Positions 42,787-51,302 of a stretch of 64,000 nt of DNA are shown piece by piece. Source of the DNA: an uncultured Coprobacillus sp. (lineage in GTDB: Bacteria; Bacillota_I; Bacilli_A; RFN20; CAG-826). Location: NCBI GenBank assembly GCA_964583155.1, contig CAZOUY010000005.1, forward strand, positions 7,698 through 71,697. The letters are read 5' to 3'. A model generated the notes under the pieces. It ran no database searches, was not told the origin of the DNA, and was given only the letters and a program-made list of their open reading frames with translations. Position numbers and translations under genes: made by a program. Within the stretch, counting starts at the first letter, position 1. The number at the start of each line of letters is the position of its first letter.

Positions 42787-45700
42787 ATGAAGTATGAAAA
42801 CGCACTTTTAAAGGCAACAGCTGAAACCATCGATGAGTTTTATGAATTAATTGCGCAAGGATATAATATTTTTAATATCACCTTAAATATTGATGACGAG
42901 GAAAAGAAAAAGCTATTTGAAAGGGCATCGATGAGAAAACACCCTAATGATGATTACATTTTAGGATATTGCTACTATAATGGTGTTGGAATAGAACGGA
43001 ATTATAGTCAAGCATTTGAGCATTTTAAAATATCCGCTAATGATGGCGATTTAAGAGCACAAAATAATCTTGGCTTGTGTTATTATGATGGCCAGGGCGT
43101 TCCACAAAGCTATGAAGAAGCAGTAAAATGGTATAGATTAGCGGCAGATCAAGAAAATGCAAATGCACAATATAATCTCGGCTGTTGCTATTATAATGGT
43201 TTAGGTGTCTCACAAAGCTATGAAGAAGCAGTAAAATGGTATAGATTAGCGACAAATCAAGGACTTGCAAGAGCACAATTAAATCTTGGCAATTGCTATT
43301 ATAATGGTCAAGGTGTTCCACAGAGTTATGAAGAAGCAGTCAAGTGGTGTAGATTAGCGGCAGATCAAGGAAATGCAAGAGCACAATATACTCTCGGTGT
43401 TTGCTATTATAATGACCGAGGCGTTCCACAAAGCTATGAAGAAGCAGTAAAGTGGTATAGATTAGCGGCAGATCAAGGATATGCTGATGCACAATATAAT
43501 CTTGGCAATTGCTATTATAAAGGCCAAGGTGTTCCACAAAGCTATGAAGAAGCCGTAAAATGGTATAGATTAGCGGCAAATCAAGGAGATGCTGATGCAC
43601 AAAATAATCTCGGCCTTTGTTATGATAATGGCCAAGGTGTTTCGCAAAGCTATGAAGAAGCCGTGAAGTGGTATAGATTAGCCGCAAATCAAGGAAATGC
43701 AAGAGCTCAATATAATCTTGGCAATTGCTATTATAAAGGCCAAGGTGTTTCACAAAGCTATGAAGAAGCCATGAAGTGGCATAGATTAGCGGCAGATCAA
43801 GGATATGCTGATGCACAATATAATCTTGGCAATTGCTATTATAAAGGCCAAGGTGTTCCACAAAGCTATGAAGAAGCCGTAAAATGGTATAGATTAGCGG
43901 CAGATCAAGGGCTTGTAGAAGCTCAATATAATCTAGCTTTTTGCTATAAGTATGGTCAAGGTGTTCCACAAAGCTATGAAGAAGCCGTGAAGTGGTATAG
44001 ATTAGCCGCAAATCAAGGAGATGCTGATGCACAAAATAATCTCGGCCTTTGTTATGATAATGGCCAAGGTGTTTCGCAAAGCTATGAAGAAGCCGTGAAG
44101 TGGTATAGATTAGCCGCAAATCAAGGAAATGCAAGAGCTCAATATAATCTTGGCAATTGCTATTATAAAGGCCAAGGTGTTTCACAAAGCTATGAAGAAG
44201 CCATGAAGTGGTATAGATTAGCGGCAGATCAAGGAAATGCAAGAGCTCAATATAATCTTGGTGTTTGCTATGATAATGGCCAAGGCGTTCCACAAAGCTA
44301 TGAAGAAGCCGTGAAGTGGTATAGATTAGCCGCAAATCAAGGAAATGCAAGAGCTCAATATATCCTAGCTCTTTGTCATGCTAATGACAAAGATATGGCA
44401 CAAAGTTATGAAGAAGCAGCAAAGTGGTGGACATTAGCCGCAAATCAAGGAAATGCAAGAGCACAATATAATCTCGGTGTTTACTATGCTAAAGGCCAAG
44501 GTGTTCCACAAGATTATAAAGAAGCCGTGAAGTGGTATAGATTAGCGGCAGATCAAGGATATGCTGATGCACAATATAATCTCGGAGTTTGCTATGCTAA
44601 AGGCCAAGGTGTCTTACAAGATTATGAAGAAGCATCCAAGTGGTGGACATTAGCTGCAAATCAAGGACATGCAGATGCTCAATATGATCTCGGTGTTTGC
44701 TATGCTAAAGGCCTAGAATTGCCACAGAGTTATGAAGAAGCATCCAAATGGTGGAAATTAGCTGCAAATCAAGGGCTTGCAGATGCTCAATATGATCTCG
44801 GTTTTTGCTATGCTAAAGGCCAAGGTGTCTCACAAGATTATGAAGAAGCATCCAAGTGGTGGAAATTAGCGGCGAATCAAGGAAATGCAGAAGCTCAATA
44901 TAATCTAGCTCTTTGTTATAATAAAGGTCAAGGTGTTCCACAAAGTTATGAAGAAACAGTAAAGTGGTATAGATTATCTGCAGAGCAAGGACATGCAGGC
45001 GCACAAAATAATCTCGGTGTTTGCTATTATAATGGCCTAGGCTTGCCACAGAGTTATGAAGAAGCCGTGAAGTGGTGGACATTATCGGCAAATCATGGAC
45101 TTCCAATTGCTCAATATAATCTCGACGTTTGCTATGAGAATGGTCAAGGCATTCCACAAATTTATGAGGAAACTATTCAATTAGAGAGGAATATAGGAAA
45201 AAAAGAGTCTCAATATTATGATGAACGAGCAAAATTGTTGAAATCAGCGGCAGATCAAGGATATGCTGATGCACAATATAATCTCGGTGTTTGCTATGAG
45301 AATGGCAAAGGAGTTCCACAAAGTTATGAAGAAGCCGTGAAATGGTATAGATTAGCGGCAGATCAAGGACATGCAGGTGCTCAATACAATCTCGGCGTTT
45401 GCTATGAAAATGGTTTCGGCATTCCACAAAGTGATGATGAAGCCGTTAAATTGTATAAAAAAGCGGCAGATCAAGGCGATAAAGAAGCACAACTTGCGTT
45501 AGATAAAATATTAACAGAATTAGAAATAGAATATAAATTTAACAATGTAGGAAAAAGTTATGATGTATTCGTGTCATGGAATCATAACGATAAGGATTTT
45601 AAAAATCGATTGGTTGATGGAATAGAAAATAAGAATAATATTAATAATGATGGAGAAGCATTATATACTCATTATCGTGCTTGGGAAAGTGATCGAGATG

Positions 45701-47607
45701 CAAGTGGGGTCATAGATTTATGTATTGAAAGAGCTATTAAGTCTTCTAAGTTTTTTTTGATTATTCTTTCAAAATATTCTCTAAAAAGCAAATGGGTAAA
45801 AAAGGAACTCGAAATAGCGTTACAATGTGTGAAAAACGGGGAATTGACTGAAGAAAATTTGATCATTGTCTATTTGGACAGTGAAGATTTTAACGTCAGT
45901 GAAGAAATTGCAAAAATAAGCGATGAAAATGATCCATTCAAAAAGCTAATTACTTTTGCTTTAGCAGGTAAGTATTCCGATAAAAATGATGATCGAATAG
46001 TGACTAATGTCTGTGCCCAAATCCAACAAGGAATGGCAAAAACAGCGATACGTAACTATATCTATCAACATACGAAAGAAAATGAATTTAAATACAACGT
46101 TCAAAGTCAGTATAGTGATAATAATATGTCAGGGAATCCCGTCGATGCTTTCATGACATATGAAGATGGATATATTGATCGGAATATTTATGATGAAAAA
46201 GATAATGGCTTTAGCATTGATGAAGTGATCAATAGTAAAGAAAACCTCATCATAGTGGGTGAAGGAGGAATCGGTAAAAGTCTTTATCTATCCTATTTAA
46301 TGTATAAGCATTTGGCCATTAATAAGTTTTATGTCAGAATCAACTTAATTAACTATGTCGGTTTACTTAAAAGTATTAATTCCATTGATCAATTGTTAAA
46401 TACAGAACTAGAAACCTATCTTAATGGTAAAGTTGGTGTTGCTAAAGATAATTATCTTCCAACAATTAGAGAAAATGGGGCATCAATAACGATTATTATG
46501 GATGGCTTAGAGGAAATAGATGATGAAAATAATGAAAAGTTATGTAAACTTATTAAAGCATATCGTGCGGCAAATACATGGGATCGATTTATTTTTACAT
46601 CGCGAAATGAGAATAGTAGGCCAGTAAATGGAATAAAAGAAATTTTTATTAGCAAAGATATCCGTGTATTACATCTAGAAAGATTAACATACGAAGAGCA
46701 AAAAAGTTTATTTGATAATATTGCCAAAAGAATTATAAAGGATCCAAAGCCAGGTGAGATAGGACCTAATCGAGAAAGACTTAAAATAGATTTTTTTGAA
46801 GAATTAAAAAAGATAAGTGATGAAATAACAGGTAATCCATTCTTGTTATCAAATCTTATTTTCATTTACCTTTTTAGAAGTGGCGAGGATAAAAATAAAG
46901 ACCTACCAAAAACGAGATATGAAATTATTAAACAAATCGTCGATATCTTTATTCATAAGCTTGAAGATAATCGAGGAGTATTATCATTATTCAAATATAA
47001 AGATTACTTAACACCACAAAGAATGGAGAAGCTACTAGGAAATATAGCTTTACGTAAATTACAGGGCGCACGTCAAAACTTCAAGGAATTGATTTATGAA
47101 TACTTAAGTAAAGAAGAGAGAAGCGCTAAAGAACATAATATAGAAAAAGTAGCTAAAGAAATATATGAATATCTGGCGCGACGAGCGATCATTTATGAAA
47201 ATAAGATTTCTCACGATCTTTTCACATCCTTTTTTGCTACTTACTATATTTATTTAAATGTCTATCAGCTAAAAAATAAGCATGATGTTTATTATATAGG
47301 CTTTCAAAAAGAGGGCAAGGAATATTTTAAATATCGGTTAGAGGAGTTTAAGAAACATATTGAACGATGGGCTGATGTTCCGATTGAAATTATTATGCAG
47401 CTTGATTATGAGATAAGAAATTTAAATGATCAGGAGATGGATGATAGCAATATGAGTAAAACAGTTTTCAAAGAAACATTAGAACTAGCAAAAGATGGTT
47501 TACCGGATTTTGTAAAGATGATGCAGGAATATCTTGATAGACAGGGAACATTCTACTTTGAAACATTTATTAGGCAATTATTATCACTCATGGAAGAGAA
47601 GGTATAA
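42787..47607 (+). CDS. 1606-aa Sel1-repeat/TIR/NACHT (STAND NTPase) protein, a candidate NLR-like antiviral defense protein
   Basis: About 23 tandem 36-aa Sel1-like repeats (consensus AQYNLGNCYYKGQGVPQSYEEAVKWYRLAADQG) span roughly aa 55-910.
The TIR domain starts at YDVFVSW, with IERAIKSSKFFLIILSKYSLKSKWVKKELEIAL matching the plant and bacterial TIR alphaC-to-betaD region including the catalytic Glu.
The NACHT domain has Walker A GEGGIGKS, Walker B IIMDGLEEID, FIFTSR and GNPFLLS motifs. Confidence 0.8.
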   Translation: MKYENALLKATAETIDEFYELIAQGYNIFNITLNIDDEEKKKLFERASMRKHPNDDYILGYCYYNGVGIERNYSQAFEHFKISANDGDLRAQNNLGLCYYDGQGVPQSYEEAVKWYRLAADQENANAQYNLGCCYYNGLGVSQSYEEAVKWYRLATNQGLARAQLNLGNCYYNGQGVPQSYEEAVKWCRLAADQGNARAQYTLGVCYYNDRGVPQSYEEAVKWYRLAADQGYADAQYNLGNCYYKGQGVPQSYEEAVKWYRLAANQGDADAQNNLGLCYDNGQGVSQSYEEAVKWYRLAANQGNARAQYNLGNCYYKGQGVSQSYEEAMKWHRLAADQGYADAQYNLGNCYYKGQGVPQSYEEAVKWYRLAADQGLVEAQYNLAFCYKYGQGVPQSYEEAVKWYRLAANQGDADAQNNLGLCYDNGQGVSQSYEEAVKWYRLAANQGNARAQYNLGNCYYKGQGVSQSYEEAMKWYRLAADQGNARAQYNLGVCYDNGQGVPQSYEEAVKWYRLAANQGNARAQYILALCHANDKDMAQSYEEAAKWWTLAANQGNARAQYNLGVYYAKGQGVPQDYKEAVKWYRLAADQGYADAQYNLGVCYAKGQGVLQDYEEASKWWTLAANQGHADAQYDLGVCYAKGLELPQSYEEASKWWKLAANQGLADAQYDLGFCYAKGQGVSQDYEEASKWWKLAANQGNAEAQYNLALCYNKGQGVPQSYEETVKWYRLSAEQGHAGAQNNLGVCYYNGLGLPQSYEEAVKWWTLSANHGLPIAQYNLDVCYENGQGIPQIYEETIQLERNIGKKESQYYDERAKLLKSAADQGYADAQYNLGVCYENGKGVPQSYEEAVKWYRLAADQGHAGAQYNLGVCYENGFGIPQSDDEAVKLYKKAADQGDKEAQLALDKILTELEIEYKFNNVGKSYDVFVSWNHNDKDFKNRLVDGIENKNNINNDGEALYTHYRAWESDRDASGVIDLCIERAIKSSKFFLIILSKYSLKSKWVKKELEIALQCVKNGELTEENLIIVYLDSEDFNVSEEIAKISDENDPFKKLITFALAGKYSDKNDDRIVTNVCAQIQQGMAKTAIRNYIYQHTKENEFKYNVQSQYSDNNMSGNPVDAFMTYEDGYIDRNIYDEKDNGFSIDEVINSKENLIIVGEGGIGKSLYLSYLMYKHLAINKFYVRINLINYVGLLKSINSIDQLLNTELETYLNGKVGVAKDNYLPTIRENGASITIIMDGLEEIDDENNEKLCKLIKAYRAANTWDRFIFTSRNENSRPVNGIKEIFISKDIRVLHLERLTYEEQKSLFDNIAKRIIKDPKPGEIGPNRERLKIDFFEELKKISDEITGNPFLLSNLIFIYLFRSGEDKNKDLPKTRYEIIKQIVDIFIHKLEDNRGVLSLFKYKDYLTPQRMEKLLGNIALRKLQGARQNFKELIYEYLSKEERSAKEHNIEKVAKEIYEYLARRAIIYENKISHDLFTSFFATYYIYLNVYQLKNKHDVYYIGFQKEGKEYFKYRLEEFKKHIERWADVPIEIIMQLDYEIRNLNDQEMDDSNMSKTVFKETLELAKDGLPDFVKMMQEYLDRQGTFYFETFIRQLLSLMEEKV
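42949..45516 (+). repeat. Tandem 108-bp coding repeats (Sel1-like units), with near-identical copies and duplicated higher-order blocks of about 420 bp
   Basis: A stretch such as caaagctatgaagaagccgtgaagtggtatagattagccgcaaatcaagg recurs many times. The segment 43560-43800 is nearly identical to 43980-44220. Confidence 0.85.
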
Positions 47608-47674
47608 TTTTATAGCGGATAGTTGCGCAAGAAATGGCGATAATCGCGGAATTGCAAATATTTAAAATTTCGCG

Positions 47675-47703
47675 TTGCTTTTTTACCTGTTATTAAATAT
47701 AAT
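47675..47703 (+). promoter_or_regulatory. Sigma-A type promoter upstream of gmk
   Basis: TTGCTT, a 17-nt spacer and TATAAT, about 70 nt upstream of the gmk ATG. Confidence 0.45.
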
Positions 47704-47771
47704 ATGAATATTCGAATATGGCACATTTATTAATTTATTAATAAAAAAGGCATGATTGTAGGTGAATTACA

Positions 47772-48356
47772 ATGCAAAAAGGGCTTCTTATTATCCTAAG
47801 CGGACCGAGTGGTGTTGGCAAAGGCACAATTAGACGGAAAGTGATGGAAGATTTGTCTCTTAATTTAGTTTATTCAATTTCGATGACTACTCGTAAACCC
47901 CGAAATCAAGAGGTAGAGGGCGAGGATTATTTTTTCGTGTCCGATGAAGAATTTGATCGAAATGTGGAAAACGGTAATTTACTGGAATGGGCGTCCTTTG
48001 TCGGCAATCGCTATGGGACCCCGAAGGATTATGTCGAGAGGTTGCGCGCTGAAGGAAAGAATGTCTTTTTGGAAATTGAGGTCGATGGGGCGCGCCAGGT
48101 AATGCAAAAGTGCCAAGGATCCGATGTCTTTTCAATCTTCCTGATTCCTCCATCTTTAGAAGCGCTAGAGCAAAGAATTCGCGGTCGGAGAAGTGAAAGT
48201 GAAGAGATTATTCGCGAAAGATTGGAGAAAGCCAAACGGGAAATGGGATTGAAATTCCACTATCATTATGTCGTTTTGAATGACGATGTTGATCGAGCGG
48301 CCAATGAGATTAAGGGCATTATTCGTTCGAAGATAAACGCAGTTATTCATAAATAA
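47772..48356 (+). CDS. gmk: Guanylate kinase
   Basis: P-loop ILSGPSGVGKGT and the guanylate kinase motifs. Confidence 0.85.
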   Translation: MQKGLLIILSGPSGVGKGTIRRKVMEDLSLNLVYSISMTTRKPRNQEVEGEDYFFVSDEEFDRNVENGNLLEWASFVGNRYGTPKDYVERLRAEGKNVFLEIEVDGARQVMQKCQGSDVFSIFLIPPSLEALEQRIRGRRSESEEIIRERLEKAKREMGLKFHYHYVVLNDDVDRAANEIKGIIRSKINAVIHK

Positions 48357-48381
48357 ATAAGGGACGTAAGGAGGAAAGAGC

Positions 48382-50580
48382 ATGCGAGTTTTAGAGGTAT
48401 ATATTGAACATGCTACTATCGATTTAGATCGTCCCTTTTCTTATGTCTATTTAGGTGATAAAAGGGTTGAAAAGGGCTTTCGTGTGATCGTCCCCTTTAA
48501 CAAACAAAAAAGGATAATCGGTTTCGTAAGCAAGGTGATCGAAACTACGAAAAGCAAGGAAGAATACGAACAAGAAAATGGCTTTGCTTTAAAAGAAATA
48601 ATCGATGTTTTAGATCATGAAAAGCTTCTTGATGAGGATCTATGGGAATTAGCCCAAAGGATGGCTAAATACTATTTCACCCCGCTTATTAAAGTTTTGC
48701 AAACGATGCTTCCCCCTTCGATGAAGCCCCAATCAAGCGCTTTAAAAGCTCCGAAAATCGCTTATGAATATTATGTGGAACTGCTTGATAGCAATGAAGA
48801 GGGCTTAACCACCAAGCAAAAAGAGTGGTTACGCTTGATAGCTAATGAGAAAAGAATATTAAAAAAAGATTTTCGGTCACCGACAATTCTTGACAAACTG
48901 TGTGCCTTAAAAAGGGTTAAGATTGTCAAGGAGGAGAAAAGGCGACTTATTCTTCCCAAGTTCGATCCTTTAACGCCTCATGAATTAACGATAGATCAAA
49001 AACGGGTGATCCAAGAATTCTTGTCTTCTTCCCAAGACGTCTCTTTATTAGAGGGAGTAACTGGATCAGGAAAAACAGAGGTTTATGCCCGTTTGATCGA
49101 TCATTATTTATCAAAAAATCAGAATGTTCTTTTTTTAGTACCAGAAATCGCTTTAACTCCGATGATGGTTGAGTATTTTTCTATGCGCTTTTCGACGAAA
49201 ACCGCTATTTTGCATTCGGAGTTAACACCCGCACAGAAATACGATGAATATCGAAAAATCGCTCATGGTGAGGCTCATTTGGTGATTGGAGCAAGGAGCG
49301 CCATTTTTGCCCCCTTGCACAATATTGGGTTAATAATTTTGGATGAAGAGCATGTTGAATCCTATAAACAGGAGCAAAGCCCGAGCTACCATGCCTTAGA
49401 AATCGCGAAATGGCGGGGTCAAATGGAAGGGGCGAGAATTCTTTTAGGAAGCGCTACTCCGAGTTTAGAATCGCGAGCCCGTGCCTTAAAGGGAGTCTAT
49501 CAATATCTTCGGTTGCCACGTCGTATCCATAATCAAGAATTGCCGACAACTGAGATTATCGATTTATTGAAGCCTCATCAAGTTGATCGGGATTCGGTCC
49601 TTTTTTCCTTATCCTTGCGTCAGGCTATCACCGATCGCTTGAATAAGCATGAGCAGATCGTTTTGCTTTTAAATCGGAGAGGCTATTCTCCTTATGTCAG
49701 CTGCCGTCGTTGCGGTCATGTTTTTGTGTGCCCCGAATGTCAAATCACGCTTTCGTATCATCGTCAGGATAATATGCTGAAATGCCATCATTGCGACCAT
49801 GTTGAAGAGATGCCTAAGGCTTGCCCGAATTGTGGTAGCGTCTATCTTAGCAAGCAGGGCTTTGGCACCGAGAAAATCGAAGAGGAAGTCAAGCGCTTAT
49901 TCCCTAAGGCCCGTACTCTACGCTTAGATTCGGATGTTTCGCGTATCAAGGTCAATAGTGAGAAGATACTTGCTAAATTCCGTAATCATGAAGCCGATAT
50001 TCTCATCGGCACGCAAATGATCGCGAAAGGTCATGATTTTCCTGATGTAACTTTAGTGGGCATTGTTTTAGCGGACATCGGTTTAACGATGCCATCTTTT
50101 CGTTCGTCCGAAAGAACCTTCCAATTGATTACCCAGGGGGTGGGACGCGCCGGGCGCGGGCAAAAAAGAGGTCACGCCATCATTCAAACCTATATGCCTC
50201 AGCACTATGCGGTGTATTTAGCGGCCAAGCAGGATTATACCTCCTTTTTTAAGGCGGAGATGAAAACGCGGAAATTGCAGCAATATCCGCCATATACCTT
50301 TTTAATTTCGCTTTGGATTTCCTCCACCAACGAGGAAGGCTTAGTAGTTGTGGCTAATGAGATGAAGGATAAATTGGAAAAGGAATTGGCTAAAGAGGCG
50401 ACTTTGATCGGCCCCTCCACGCCATATATCGCCAAAAAGGGCGCTTATTATTATCGGCATATCTTGATCAAGTATCAACGCCCCGAAAAAATCGAGATGG
50501 CCTTGGAGGAATTAAAGAGGCTATTCGAGGGTAAAAGCTCCTATCATTTACGGATTGATCGCGATCCTTATGACTTTTAA
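48382..50580 (+). CDS. priA: Primosomal protein N' (replication restart helicase PriA)
   Basis: Helicase motif I GVTGSGKTEVY, DEEH, the zinc-binding Cys cluster CRRCGH...CPEC...CHHCDH...CPNCG, and a length of 732 aa. Confidence 0.85.
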   Translation: MRVLEVYIEHATIDLDRPFSYVYLGDKRVEKGFRVIVPFNKQKRIIGFVSKVIETTKSKEEYEQENGFALKEIIDVLDHEKLLDEDLWELAQRMAKYYFTPLIKVLQTMLPPSMKPQSSALKAPKIAYEYYVELLDSNEEGLTTKQKEWLRLIANEKRILKKDFRSPTILDKLCALKRVKIVKEEKRRLILPKFDPLTPHELTIDQKRVIQEFLSSSQDVSLLEGVTGSGKTEVYARLIDHYLSKNQNVLFLVPEIALTPMMVEYFSMRFSTKTAILHSELTPAQKYDEYRKIAHGEAHLVIGARSAIFAPLHNIGLIILDEEHVESYKQEQSPSYHALEIAKWRGQMEGARILLGSATPSLESRARALKGVYQYLRLPRRIHNQELPTTEIIDLLKPHQVDRDSVLFSLSLRQAITDRLNKHEQIVLLLNRRGYSPYVSCRRCGHVFVCPECQITLSYHRQDNMLKCHHCDHVEEMPKACPNCGSVYLSKQGFGTEKIEEEVKRLFPKARTLRLDSDVSRIKVNSEKILAKFRNHEADILIGTQMIAKGHDFPDVTLVGIVLADIGLTMPSFRSSERTFQLITQGVGRAGRGQKRGHAIIQTYMPQHYAVYLAAKQDYTSFFKAEMKTRKLQQYPPYTFLISLWISSTNEEGLVVVANEMKDKLEKELAKEATLIGPSTPYIAKKGAYYYRHILIKYQRPEKIEMALEELKRLFEGKSSYHLRIDRDPYDF

Positions 50581-50639
50581 CTTTCTTTTTTGTTGATAAT
50601 TTGCTATGATATCGCTTGGATAAGAAGGAGAATATCGAT

Positions 50640-51146
50640 ATGATTACCATTACTTTTATTGGATCTGATCGCTATGTTATCGGACAATATTCAAAAGAAG
50701 TGACTGCTAAATTAGCGAATTTATGGGAGGTTGAGGAGGATGAAATTCTCTTCTTGGCTCCGGAAATTTATGTTTATCATCAAGGCGTCGAGCAAACATC
50801 GTATCAGGTATTGGTCGAAGTTAATGCTCCGGAGGCCTGCCGAATGGTCGAAAAAGAAGTAGCCGATTATATTTTAAAGACCGCGGAAGCCTTTGTGGTT
50901 CATCTCGCCGTGCGGTTTAAATATTTTAAAGAGAAGACCTATGCTCATATCCGGGATGATTATCCGCGTTATATCACCGAAGAGAACGAAGTGCTCATTG
51001 AAAAGGAAGAGTATGACGAGGAAACGGAAATATATGAAGGAAATATTTTCGAAAATTTCGAAGAGCGTTTAAAAAAGCGCGCTGAGCAAGAAGAAAGCGA
51101 AAGAGAGCATCATGATGATTGTTGTCATGATCATCATCGTCATTAA
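50640..51146 (+). CDS. Hypothetical protein with a His/Cys-rich C-terminal tail (EHHDDCCHDHHRH)
   Basis: AAGGAG RBS 9 nt before the ATG at 50640. It occupies the priA-rsmB gap where def and fmt usually sit. Confidence 0.45.
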   Translation: MITITFIGSDRYVIGQYSKEVTAKLANLWEVEEDEILFLAPEIYVYHQGVEQTSYQVLVEVNAPEACRMVEKEVADYILKTAEAFVVHLAVRFKYFKEKTYAHIRDDYPRYITEENEVLIEKEEYDEETEIYEGNIFENFEERLKKRAEQEESEREHHDDCCHDHHRH

Positions 51147-51163
51147 GAAGCAATTCTTCATCA

Positions 51164-51193
51164 ATCAATAGTTTTATCGCTATTGATTTTTTT
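51164..51193 (+). terminator. Rho-independent terminator
   Basis: ATCAATAG/CTATTGAT stem followed by TTTTTTT. Confidence 0.45.
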
Positions 51194-51302
51194 ATTTCTC
51201 GGTGATGGAAACGTGATTTAAACCGCTATTTAATAAATTATTTATTAAATAATTTTATTATGACGGACAATTTGCTAAAATAGAATGAAAGAAGGTGACA
51301 AA

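Noticed and set aside
43037-45427. Long antisense ORFs (43037-43321, 43340-44350, 44813-45157 and 45173-45427, all minus strand) running through the repeat array.
   Set aside because: They are reverse frames of the Sel1-coding tandem repeats and stay open only because of the repeat composition. They have no RBS and no independent signal. The plus-strand frame carries clear Sel1, TIR and NACHT motifs.
42949-45516. Considered whether the regular 108-bp repeats could be a CRISPR array or noncoding satellite.
   Set aside because: The units are contiguous with no spacers. They lie in one uninterrupted 4.8-kb ORF and encode a canonical 36-aa Sel1 consensus.
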